This document shows, piece by piece, positions 39,747-48,587 of a stretch of DNA of 64,000 nt. How positions within the stretch are numbered: the first letter of the stretch is position 1; the number at the start of each line of letters is the position of its first letter. A program made the position numbers and the translations under genes. The notes under the pieces were generated by a model. The model was not told where the DNA came from. It searched no databases and saw only the letters and a list, made by a program, of their open reading frames with translations. Source of the stretch: Terriglobus sp. (GTDB lineage: Bacteria; Acidobacteriota; Terriglobia; Terriglobales; Acidobacteriaceae); assembly GCA_965199365.1 (NCBI GenBank), contig CBDARC010000003.1, forward strand, positions 342,622 to 406,621. Direction: 5' to 3'.

Positions 39747-39768
39747 GAGTTTGGGAGCAGGAGAGTGT

Positions 39769-42405
39769 ATGCGCGCAGCCGTCAAGCATCTCGCAGCCGC
39801 GCTCCTGTACCTGGTGGCGGCAGGCATGGCTCATGCGGCGACGATGAGCGCACCCGAAGCCGGCATCTCTCATGCGCTTGCGACGGCACGTGCGGCGCGT
39901 GTCTCTGATCTGCACTACAGCCTGCAGTTCACCTTGCGTCCTCACGCCGCCAGCATGCCGGGCCACGAGACCGTTCGCTTCACGCTTGCTGAAGCGCAGG
40001 TCAGGGATGATCTGCCTATCGACTACCGCGAAGGCACGCTGCGCTCAGCAAAGCTGAATGGCACCACAATTCCGGCGGAGCTGAAGAACGGCCACCTGAT
40101 CCTGCCGGCGGCGCGGTTGCACAATGGTGAGAACACGCTTGAGACGGAGTTCTCCTCTGTAGTTGCTACGGCCGGCGCGGCCATCACGCGGTATGAGGAC
40201 AAGGAAGACGGCAGCGAGTACTTCTACTCGTTGTTTGTACCGATGGACGCGAGCATGGCCTTCCCGTGTTTCGATCAGCCGGACCTGAAAGCGGGCTTCT
40301 CGCTCGGCGTTGGCGTGCCTGCCAGCTGGACTGTCATCGGCAACATGGGCTCACCGACGCTGCTCCGTAATGGAGACCTGCAGCAGACGTGGAGCTTCTT
40401 CGAGACGAGGCCAATCTCTACCTATCTCTTTGCTTTCGCAGCCGGACCCTGGGCGGAAATAGCGGCGAAGCACGGCGAGCCGAACCTATACGTCCGCAAA
40501 TCGCAGCTAAAGCGCGCAGAGGCTGAAGCACCACATGTTCAGCAACTCACCGCACGCGGCATGGCGTGGCTCAGCGACTACTTCCAGCAGCCATTTCCGT
40601 TCCCAAAGTATGACCTCGTCCTGATCCCCGGCTTCCCTTTCGGTGGCATGGAGCATGCGGGCGCGACCTTCCTGAATGAGAATGGCGTGCTCTTCCGTTC
40701 CGCTCCGACGGCAAACGATCGCTTCACGCGAGATACGCTTGTGCTGCACGAACTCACGCATCAGTGGTTCGGCGACCTGGTGACGATGCGCTGGTTCGAT
40801 GACCTCTGGCTGAAGGAAGGCTTTGCGCAGTACATGGCTTACCGTGCGCTTGCCGACCTGGATCCGGTCGCGCAGCCCTGGAAGCACATGTATGAAGACA
40901 TCAAGCCGCTGGCCTACGGCATCGACGAGACTGAGGGCACGACGCCCATCTTTCAGGACATACCTAACCTGAAAGATGCGAAGAGCGCATACGGCGCCAT
41001 CGTGTATCAGAAAGCTCCATCGATCCTGAAGCAGCTTGCCTACCGGCTCGGCGATGAACCCTTCCGCGACGGCCTGCGTGCTTACCTGAAGCAGCACGCC
41101 TACGGCAATGCTCAATGGAGCGACCTGGTTGATGCGTTCCAGGCAGCAAGCGGCCAGGACGTGCACGCCTGGGCCAACGCATGGGTGCTGCAGCGCGGCA
41201 TGCCTGAGGTGACGGCTGCATGGAACTGCGACACCGGCAACAAGTTAACAAGCTTAACTCTGTCGCAGAGAGACGTGCTCTCGGGCGGTTACACCTGGCC
41301 CCTCGCGAACGAGGTTCTGCTGGCGTTTGACGATGCTCAGGCGCCTCTGCGCATGCGTGTGGAGTGGCAGACCGCGCACGCTTCGGTACCCGGGGCAGCA
41401 GGCAAACCGTGCCCTAAGTACGTCTTTGCGAACAGCGGCGACGAGGCGTATGGACGCTTTCTGCTGGACGCAAAAAGCGAAGCAGCGGTGCGGCCCGTGC
41501 TGCTGAGTGCATCGACGAAGCACGCCGACCCGCTGCTGCGCTCGATGCTGTGGGGCGCTTTGTGGGAGAACGTTCACACGGCACGTTCCGCTCCTCGCGG
41601 CTACGTCGAACTTGCTTTGAAAGACCTGCCGCAGCAGGACGATGAGACACTCGCCCGCCTGCAGTACGGCCGCGCAACAGGCGCGCTGCAGCGATACATC
41701 ACCGGTCCAACACGCGCACCGCTGGTGGCGCAGCTTGAATCCATCGCAATCGATCGAATGCAAAACGCACCGACCGTGGGACTGCGGCTGGTAGCATTTC
41801 GAGCACTGACTACGGTTGCAGAAACGTCCTCCGCACGCGCCACGCTGAAGGCCATGCTCGCCGGCACCGTGACAATACCAGGCGTGGAGCTCCGACCGCT
41901 CGATCGATGGAACATCGTCGGTCGATTGATCGCCATTGGCGACGCCGAAGCGCCCACGCTGCTGGCAGCCCAGGCGAAGCGCGACACAAGCGATGATGGC
42001 CGCCGCTCCGCATGGGCGGTGCAGGCCGGCGCACCGGATGCCGCTACCAAGCAAGCGTATTTCGCCGCATATCTCGTGCCGCCCAAAAGCGCAGACGCAA
42101 AACAGGAAGACTGGTTATCGCAGAGCGTCGGGCCATTCAACAACGTGCGCCAGTCGGCCCTGACCCTGCCATTCCTGCGCCAGAGCCTCGATCAACTGCC
42201 GGAGATCAAGCGCGATCGCAAGATCTTCTACCTGGGCGTGTGGCTGTCGGCATTCCTTGGCGGCCAAACCACGCCACAGGCCGAAGCAATCGTGCGTCAG
42301 TGGCTGGCACAGCCCGGCATCGACCCGGACCTGCGGCGCAAGGTGCTGGAGAACATGGACCCGCTCACGCGAACGGTGCGCATCCGGCAACGCTTCCCAG
42401 AGTAG
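39769..42405 (+). CDS. M1 family aminopeptidase, secreted
   Basis: FPCFDQPDLKA, STYL, GGMEH exopeptidase motif, HELTHQWFG(x)E zinc motif and IVYQKA; signal peptide. Confidence 0.92.
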   Translation: MRAAVKHLAAALLYLVAAGMAHAATMSAPEAGISHALATARAARVSDLHYSLQFTLRPHAASMPGHETVRFTLAEAQVRDDLPIDYREGTLRSAKLNGTTIPAELKNGHLILPAARLHNGENTLETEFSSVVATAGAAITRYEDKEDGSEYFYSLFVPMDASMAFPCFDQPDLKAGFSLGVGVPASWTVIGNMGSPTLLRNGDLQQTWSFFETRPISTYLFAFAAGPWAEIAAKHGEPNLYVRKSQLKRAEAEAPHVQQLTARGMAWLSDYFQQPFPFPKYDLVLIPGFPFGGMEHAGATFLNENGVLFRSAPTANDRFTRDTLVLHELTHQWFGDLVTMRWFDDLWLKEGFAQYMAYRALADLDPVAQPWKHMYEDIKPLAYGIDETEGTTPIFQDIPNLKDAKSAYGAIVYQKAPSILKQLAYRLGDEPFRDGLRAYLKQHAYGNAQWSDLVDAFQAASGQDVHAWANAWVLQRGMPEVTAAWNCDTGNKLTSLTLSQRDVLSGGYTWPLANEVLLAFDDAQAPLRMRVEWQTAHASVPGAAGKPCPKYVFANSGDEAYGRFLLDAKSEAAVRPVLLSASTKHADPLLRSMLWGALWENVHTARSAPRGYVELALKDLPQQDDETLARLQYGRATGALQRYITGPTRAPLVAQLESIAIDRMQNAPTVGLRLVAFRALTTVAETSSARATLKAMLAGTVTIPGVELRPLDRWNIVGRLIAIGDAEAPTLLAAQAKRDTSDDGRRSAWAVQAGAPDAATKQAYFAAYLVPPKSADAKQEDWLSQSVGPFNNVRQSALTLPFLRQSLDQLPEIKRDRKIFYLGVWLSAFLGGQTTPQAEAIVRQWLAQPGIDPDLRRKVLENMDPLTRTVRIRQRFPE

Positions 42406-42453
42406 CGCTGGATCGCGCCTGCTGTAACACGCCTGTACGATGGAACGAGCGCC

Positions 42454-43983
42454 ATGCCTCGCCTGCAGAACCAGACCGCCACGCCCGACGACAAGCAGTT
42501 TGTTGCGCTTGCACGCAAGCGGCACACGCTCATCCCCGTCTACCGAACTGTCACGGCTGACCTCGAGACGCCGGTCTCCGCCTTCCTGCGGATCGCCGCG
42601 CACGAACCCGAAGCGTTCCTGCTGGAGTCCGTCGAAGGCGGCGAGCGCGTTGGCCGTTACACCTTCATAGGAATCCGGCCGTATAAGAAGCTGGTCTCGC
42701 GCGGCACATCGCTGGTCGAAACAGAAGGCAAGCGCACCCGCCGGTTCGAAGGCGACATCTTCGAAGAGCTGAAGCGCGCTCTCAGCGAGCATCGGCCCGC
42801 GCGCCTGCCGGGTCTGCCGCCGTTCACCGCGGGCGCTGTCGGCTTTTTTGCATACGACGTGGTGCGACAGATTGAGCGACTGCCGGAGCTGGCCGCAGAC
42901 GAACTCGGTGTGCCCGATGCGTGCCTGATGTTCTTCGATGAGGTGCTTGCCTTTGACCACGTGAAGAAGGAGATCTACCTGATCCTCACGGCCGACCTCA
43001 CGCGAGAACCAGATGCAGCGAAGGCCTACGCGAGGGCGCTCAAGCGCCTCGACCGCCTTGAGAAGCAACTTGCGCAGCCGCTGCCCGTCGCACCCAGACG
43101 CCGCAAAAGTGACGAGCCGCTGCAACTCACGCCGCGCACACCCAAGCGTGACTTCATGAAGGCCGTCGAAACGGTCAAGGAGTATGTCGCCGCGGGTGAT
43201 GTCTTCCAATGCGTGCTGTCGCAGCGGTTCGACTGCAAGCCAAAGGTCGATCCGTTTGAGATCTACCGCGCACTGCGTATCGTCAACCCCTCGCCATACA
43301 TGTACTTCATGCGCTTTCCCATGCAGGCACCGGGAGCGAAGCGGGAGACGCCGGCACACATTGTCGGCTCATCGCCAGAACTGCTGGTTCGCGTTCAGAA
43401 CGGCGCGCTTACCTACCGACCCATCGCGGGCAGCCGCCCTCGCGGCGATGACGAGGCCAGCGACAAGCGTCTGGAAGAAGACCTGAGGCGCGACGCAAAA
43501 GAGACGTCGGAGCACGTCATGCTTGTCGACCTGGGACGCAACGACCTTGGCCGCGTGTCTGAATTTGGCTCGGTTCACGTTAAGGAACTGATGGTGGTCG
43601 AGCGCTACTCGCACATCATGCACCTGGTCAGCGGGCTGAGCGGCAAGTTGCGCGCGGACCTGACCGCGATGGATGCCTTTCGCGCCTGCTTCCCTGCCGG
43701 CACGCTCTCCGGCGCGCCAAAGATCCGTGCAATGGAGATCATCGAAGAGCTGGAACCTGCTCGCCGCGGCGTGTATGGCGGGTCGATCTTCTATGCGGAT
43801 TTCAGTGGCAACCTCGACAGCTGCATCGCCATTCGAACGCTCTTTGAGCACGACGGAAAAGCCTCGGTGCAGGCAGGCGCCGGCATTGTCGCCGATTCCG
43901 TCCCGCTGACTGAGTACGAAGAATCCGTCCACAAGTCCAAAGCCGTGGTCCGCGCCATCGAGCGCGCACGCGCCGCACGTTAG
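42454..43983 (+). CDS. trpE: Anthranilate synthase component I
   Basis: DLETPVS, LLESVEGG (Trp feedback site), NPSPYMY, EHVMLVDLGRND, PAGTLSGAPK and AGAGIVADS motifs. Confidence 0.93.
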   Translation: MPRLQNQTATPDDKQFVALARKRHTLIPVYRTVTADLETPVSAFLRIAAHEPEAFLLESVEGGERVGRYTFIGIRPYKKLVSRGTSLVETEGKRTRRFEGDIFEELKRALSEHRPARLPGLPPFTAGAVGFFAYDVVRQIERLPELAADELGVPDACLMFFDEVLAFDHVKKEIYLILTADLTREPDAAKAYARALKRLDRLEKQLAQPLPVAPRRRKSDEPLQLTPRTPKRDFMKAVETVKEYVAAGDVFQCVLSQRFDCKPKVDPFEIYRALRIVNPSPYMYFMRFPMQAPGAKRETPAHIVGSSPELLVRVQNGALTYRPIAGSRPRGDDEASDKRLEEDLRRDAKETSEHVMLVDLGRNDLGRVSEFGSVHVKELMVVERYSHIMHLVSGLSGKLRADLTAMDAFRACFPAGTLSGAPKIRAMEIIEELEPARRGVYGGSIFYADFSGNLDSCIAIRTLFEHDGKASVQAGAGIVADSVPLTEYEESVHKSKAVVRAIERARAAR

Positions 43984-43992
43984 GTAACGCAG

Positions 43993-44643
43993 ATGAGTGA
44001 ACCACAGACGTACTCCAGCTTCGATATCGCCACCATGTCCACGGGCAACAGCTACAAGCTGATGGCCTCGCTGGTCATGCCTCGCCCGATCGCGTGGATC
44101 ACCACGATCGATCCGGATGGCGTTGCAAATGCAGCGCCGTTCTCGTTCTTCAACCTGCTTTCGGCAGATCCGCCTCTGGCCGCGATCGGCTTCTCCGGCG
44201 CCTCTGACCGTCAGAGCAAAGACACGCTGGTGAACATCCGCGCAACGGGCGAGCTTGTGATCAACCTCGTCTCAGAAGATCTGGCGCAGGCGATGAACAT
44301 CACGGCGACTGCTGCTCCGCGCGGCACAGATGAGCTCGACCTCGCCGGTCTTGAGCGCGCCGCATCCGTGCAGGTCAAGCCGCCGCGTATCGCCGCATCA
44401 CCGGCAGCGTTCGAGTGCCGGACCTTTCAGATCATCGAGCCGGGCGGCGACAGCACCATTCTGCTGGCGCGCATCGTTCACGTGCATGTGCGCAGCGACG
44501 CCTTTGAGAATGAAGCGCGCCTGCACATCGACCCCTCCATGCTCAAGCTGGTGGGTCGCATGCATGGTGGCGGCGGGTACTGCACCACGCGCGATCTGTT
44601 CGAACTGGAGCGGCTGTCCTGGCCCATCAAGCCAAAGGACTGA
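43993..44643 (+). CDS. Flavin reductase-like FMN-binding protein
   Basis: YKL..S.V.PRPIAW, NAAPFSFFN, KDTL.NI...GE and VGRM.G..Y motifs. Confidence 0.9.
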   Translation: MSEPQTYSSFDIATMSTGNSYKLMASLVMPRPIAWITTIDPDGVANAAPFSFFNLLSADPPLAAIGFSGASDRQSKDTLVNIRATGELVINLVSEDLAQAMNITATAAPRGTDELDLAGLERAASVQVKPPRIAASPAAFECRTFQIIEPGGDSTILLARIVHVHVRSDAFENEARLHIDPSMLKLVGRMHGGGGYCTTRDLFELERLSWPIKPKD

Positions 44644-44656
44644 CCACCCGAGCCGT

Positions 44657-44902
44657 CTACTCGTCGAGCTTGTAGGTGAAGTCTTCAATGACGGGGTTGG
44701 TCAGCACATCGGCGGCGATGCGCTCGACCTCCGCGCGCGCGGCATCGCCGGTCAGCGAATCGGCCAGCGTCAGCACAAAGTATTTACCCTGCCGCACCGA
44801 CTCTACCTGCGGGTGGTGCAGGCGCCGCAGCGCGTTGGCGATGGTCTGCCCCTGGGCATCAAGTACCGTGGTCTTCAGCGTGACGTAGACGTGGGCGCGC
44901 AT
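44657..44902 (-). CDS. purS: FGAM synthase subunit PurS
   Basis: MRAHVYVTLK..VLD.QG..I..AL, VRQGKYF and L.NPVIE motifs; 81 aa. Confidence 0.95.
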   Translation of the reverse strand: MRAHVYVTLKTTVLDAQGQTIANALRRLHHPQVESVRQGKYFVLTLADSLTGDAARAEVERIAADVLTNPVIEDFTYKLDE

Positions 44903-44908
44903 AACGGC

Positions 44909-44914
44909 ATTATA
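44909..44914 (-). promoter_or_regulatory. Consensus -10 box 6 nt upstream of the purS ATG (leaderless-type)
   Basis: Minus strand reads TATAAT-GCCGTT-ATG with no SD in between. Confidence 0.6.
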
Positions 44915-45041
44915 GAGTGGCACCTCCACCGCTTTGCACCCCGCCGGGCCACCGCGTAGAATGAATGAGTTGCCGGTGCCCCGCCCCGGGGCGTAGTGTT
45001 ACCGCGGCGACGCGAAACTATTTCCGAGACCTGAAAAACCT

Positions 45042-45569
45042 ATGCCGAATTATCTGGAGTTGCCAGTGGGCGCCAAGTCGCCCAACGTCGTAAACGCAGT
45101 CATTGAGATCCCTTACCAGGGAACCATGAAGTTCGAGTACGACAAGCAACTCCACGTCTTCAAGCTGGACCGCAACCTGTACAGCCCGGTGCATTATCCC
45201 GGCGACTACGGCTTTCTGCCCTCAACCCTGGGCGACGACGGCGATCCATTGGACGTGCTGGTGCTGGTGGATGAGCCAAGCTTCCCGGGTTGCCTCCAGG
45301 AGGTTCGTCCCATCGGCCTGATGGAAATGGTCGATGGCGGCGAGGGTGACGAGAAGGTGCTTGCCGTCGGCTGCGCGAACCCGCGCTTCTTCGACATCAC
45401 GGACTACAAGCAGATACACCCACACAAGCTGAAAGAGATCGTTCACTTCTTCTCGACGTACAAGGACCTTGAGGGTAAGACGGTGGAGATCAAGGGCTGG
45501 CGCGATGTGAACTATGCGCACGAAGTGATCGAAAAATCCATGGCCGCCTACAAGGCTAAAAGCGCTTAA
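45042..45569 (+). CDS. ppa: Inorganic pyrophosphatase (family I)
   Basis: VIEIP, KFEYDK, LDR.L, YP.DYGF.P.TL.DDGDPLDVLV, DEK and F..YK.LEGK motifs. Confidence 0.96.
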   Translation: MPNYLELPVGAKSPNVVNAVIEIPYQGTMKFEYDKQLHVFKLDRNLYSPVHYPGDYGFLPSTLGDDGDPLDVLVLVDEPSFPGCLQEVRPIGLMEMVDGGEGDEKVLAVGCANPRFFDITDYKQIHPHKLKEIVHFFSTYKDLEGKTVEIKGWRDVNYAHEVIEKSMAAYKAKSA

Positions 45570-45579
45570 AGGGACTGCC

Positions 45580-46557
45580 TTGAGAGTGTGCGCTGCGCTG
45601 CTGGCGATCTGCACGTTCGTGTTCAGCGTGCACGCTCAGTCAGCCGCGACGGCTGGGCGTGTGCCGGTTGTACTTTCTACTGACATTGGGAACGAGATCG
45701 ACGATCAGTGGGCGGTGACATACCTGCTGACGAGTGACGACTTCGATGTACGCGGCATCTTGTCCGCACACGCGCCCAGCCTGCCCGAACCTGCCGGGCA
45801 CAGCAGCTACCTGGTGCTGCGCGATGTGGTGGAGAACCACCTCGGCCTGCACGAGCATCCGCCCTTGATCGAAGGCGGCAGCGTTCCCATGACGGATTCT
45901 AGCCATCCCCAGCCCAGCGCGGCGGTCGGCTTCCTGATCGAAGCGTCTCGCGGGTTCACGCCAGAGCGCCGGCTGACCGTGCTGACCATCGGCGCAGCTA
46001 CGGACGTTGCCTCTGCGCTGCTCAGCGATCCAACGCTGGCAGATCGTATTCGCGTGGTCGCCATGGCCTTCAAGACAATGCAGCCCGGCGGCGCGGCCGA
46101 GTTCAACGTGCAGAACGACCCACACGCATGGCAGGCGATTCTGCAATCCAGGGTGCCGCTCGTGGTGGGCACAGGAGATGTCTGCCGCGCGACACTGTCG
46201 CTCAACCTCACGCAGGCGCAGACGCTCCTTGCAGGTCATGGGCCGATCGGCGCGTGGCTTTGGGACGACTACCGCAAGTGGTACTTCCGTCAGGTGAAAC
46301 CGTTGCGGGTCGCGGACTATAGCAAGAACTGGGTCATCTGGGACGTGATCACCCTGGCCTACGTACGAGGTCTCGCAACGTCCAGCACCGTCCCTCGTCC
46401 AACGCTGACAGATGGCCTGCAGTTTGCCCCTGCTGCAGGAGGTGGCACGCTGGAGAACATCACCGCTGTCAACACCCCAAAGCTCTGGAAAGAGCTTCTG
46501 AACGACGTCGACCGCTTTCAGCAGACACACGCTGTTCCGGCTTTCGGACCGAACTAG
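45580..46557 (+). CDS. Nucleoside hydrolase family protein with signal peptide
   Basis: VVLSTDIGNEIDD (Asp cluster), IGAATDVA.A, EFNV.ND..A and IWD motifs. Confidence 0.82.
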   Translation: MRVCAALLAICTFVFSVHAQSAATAGRVPVVLSTDIGNEIDDQWAVTYLLTSDDFDVRGILSAHAPSLPEPAGHSSYLVLRDVVENHLGLHEHPPLIEGGSVPMTDSSHPQPSAAVGFLIEASRGFTPERRLTVLTIGAATDVASALLSDPTLADRIRVVAMAFKTMQPGGAAEFNVQNDPHAWQAILQSRVPLVVGTGDVCRATLSLNLTQAQTLLAGHGPIGAWLWDDYRKWYFRQVKPLRVADYSKNWVIWDVITLAYVRGLATSSTVPRPTLTDGLQFAPAAGGGTLENITAVNTPKLWKELLNDVDRFQQTHAVPAFGPN

Positions 46558-46563
46558 AACAAG

Positions 46564-47364
46564 CTAGTCCTTCCGCAGGTGAACGATGCGCAAAGCATCA
46601 TCAAGAAACTCGTTCGCTTCCATTCCGATGGCCGCTCCCGCGAGAGAGCCGGCATAGATCTTGAAGGTTTCCTTCGCGCCCGTGTCCTGGTCTGGATAGT
46701 AGAGGTTGTTCATGCCCGCGGCGACGCCATACCCCAACAGTAAGGGCGCGTTGACGCGTTCGTGGCCATTGTTCGATCGTGTGATGAAGACGCGTGACGC
46801 CGCATACAGCACGCGGGGCACGAACTTGTGCGGCGGTCCCAGTTCGTAGTAGCGCGGATCATCGTGGAAAAGCGGATCAAACAGTGATTCTGTCCCGAGC
46901 GTCTGGATCGTGTTGCGTAAAGCAGCAACTCCCTCGCGCTTACCGAAGGCTTGCGCGCCGGTTCCGTAATGCGGTGCGCTGTCGGTGGCTTGCGAGAAAC
47001 CGGCGGCTACCGTGAAGCCAATCGGCGCGAGTGGGCTGATCACGCTCTCAAAGCCGTAAAGCACCGTTTTACGCGCACTCAGCGGGATCGTGGTCTGGCC
47101 CGGCAGGACGATACGCGCGTCCCTCGGCGCGATAACGCCCTTGGCCGAACCAGCCGCAGGCGCGTTGGTTGTCTGACCGCCGTCCCCTTCCGTAGCAGAT
47201 AATGCGGCGCTGGGTGCATCGGGCAGGACTGCTGCCGAACCGGCTGGCCTCAAATCAGCAGACTCGGGGGGTGTTGATGGCACATTTGAAGCAATCTGGA
47301 CCTGTGCCGGCAGGAAATGTGGAGCGGCAAACAACGCGCACAGCGCGAGCGAACGAAACATCAA
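46564..47364 (-). CDS. Conserved hypothetical secreted protein
   Basis: Signal peptide, LPDAP low-complexity segment, YG.G...FGKR, HDDPRY and NLYYP motifs, which I recall from acidobacterial hypothetical proteins. Confidence 0.75.
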   Translation of the reverse strand: MMFRSLALCALFAAPHFLPAQVQIASNVPSTPPESADLRPAGSAAVLPDAPSAALSATEGDGGQTTNAPAAGSAKGVIAPRDARIVLPGQTTIPLSARKTVLYGFESVISPLAPIGFTVAAGFSQATDSAPHYGTGAQAFGKREGVAALRNTIQTLGTESLFDPLFHDDPRYYELGPPHKFVPRVLYAASRVFITRSNNGHERVNAPLLLGYGVAAGMNNLYYPDQDTGAKETFKIYAGSLAGAAIGMEANEFLDDALRIVHLRKD

Positions 47365-47590
47365 ACATCCTTACTGGAAGCGCGTGCCGGGCGGCTGCAA
47401 CCTCATACGTTTCCTAACTTTGAGTTCTGCTGTGAGGGCCTACGTTGCTTCTCATGCGCCGGTATGGCCACGTTGAGCCTCGCAACCATAACGACGCGGG
47501 CACCCCGGGATGTTTTTCTAAGACGTTTCGCACGAAATCCCGTTCTAATGGACAGCAGGCAGACGCCCGCAACGGGCAGCGGAGGAACAC

Positions 47591-47770
47591 GTGACGGACT
47601 GGAATGCAAAGGTGCAGGAAACAGCAGACCGCGCGGAAGCCGAGGTGCGCAGACTGATCGAGTACATGAACGACGAGGTTGTTCCGGACGTTCGCAAGCA
47701 CAGCTCCATTGCGTTGCGGGCGGCAGCCGACCGGCTTCATGAGCTTGCACAGACGCTCGATCGCAAGTAG
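47591..47770 (+). CDS. Small helical hypothetical protein (59 aa), not in the ORF track
   Basis: GGAGG-N5-GTG; MTDWNAKVQETADRAEAEVRRLIEYMNDEVVPDVRKHSSIALRAAADRLHELAQTLDRK*; stop lies 4 nt before the rlpA ATG. Confidence 0.75.
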   Translation: MTDWNAKVQETADRAEAEVRRLIEYMNDEVVPDVRKHSSIALRAAADRLHELAQTLDRK

Positions 47771-47774
47771 CGGC

Positions 47775-48566
47775 ATGGGCATACGGCTTTCACGCGCATC
47801 ATCATCGAAGTCTCGACCGAGCTCTGCGGCGTCAGGCCTCTTGCTGGCTCTCGTCGTAACCACCGGTTGCAGGCACAGGACGCAGACCAGCAGCTACCCT
47901 CCGCCCCCGCCCGGGATCAACTCACGCGGGCCGAACACCGGCACGGCGCGCACCAGCCCTGCGCCGGCCATGCCGAGCATAGATGACAACTTCATTGCGT
48001 CTGGCCGAATTGCCTCGTCTGAGCTGGGCATCGCGAGCTGGTATGGGCCGCCGTACGCCAACCACCAGGGCGCTAATGGCGAGATCTACGACGTGAACGC
48101 AATGACGGCGGCGCATCGCACGCTGCCCATGGGCACACTGGTCGAAGTCACCAACCTCACCACGCGCCAGGTCGCCGTTGTCAGGATCACCGATCGCGGG
48201 CCGTTCGTGCACGGCCGCACCATCGACCTGTCCATCGCAGCAGCAAAAGCCGCTGGCGTCTACCTGCCCGGCACAGCGCAGGTGCAGATCAAGGTGGTCG
48301 CGGAGAAGCCCGGAGCCGACCTGGCCGGCGGCCGATGGTGCGTGCAGGTTGGCGCATTCCTCAACAAGCATCACGCGGAGCATCTCACAGACGAACTGCA
48401 ACGCCGCTACGAAGACACGGCCAAAGTCATCGAGTTCCAGGGACCAACCGGTCATTGGGTTCGCATCAATCCGACAGGGCTGGGCCGCACGCAAGCTACA
48501 CAGATTGCCCACGCCATCCGCACCGAGGAACCCAACGCCCTGGCCTACCTGGTGCGGCTCGACTAG
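47775..48566 (+). CDS. rlpA: Septal ring lytic transglycosylase RlpA family lipoprotein with SPOR-like domain
   Basis: TTGC lipobox; GIASWYG, ANGEIYD, TAAHRTLP, VRITDRGPF and IDLS.AAA motifs; C-terminal VQVGAF. Confidence 0.9.
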   Translation: MGIRLSRASSSKSRPSSAASGLLLALVVTTGCRHRTQTSSYPPPPPGINSRGPNTGTARTSPAPAMPSIDDNFIASGRIASSELGIASWYGPPYANHQGANGEIYDVNAMTAAHRTLPMGTLVEVTNLTTRQVAVVRITDRGPFVHGRTIDLSIAAAKAAGVYLPGTAQVQIKVVAEKPGADLAGGRWCVQVGAFLNKHHAEHLTDELQRRYEDTAKVIEFQGPTGHWVRINPTGLGRTQATQIAHAIRTEEPNALAYLVRLD

Positions 48567-48587
48567 GCAACAGCTCAGCCAGTGAGA

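Noticed and set aside
42406-42453. Trp leader/attenuator upstream of trpE
   Set aside because: Only 48 nt, with no Trp-codon sORF or terminator.
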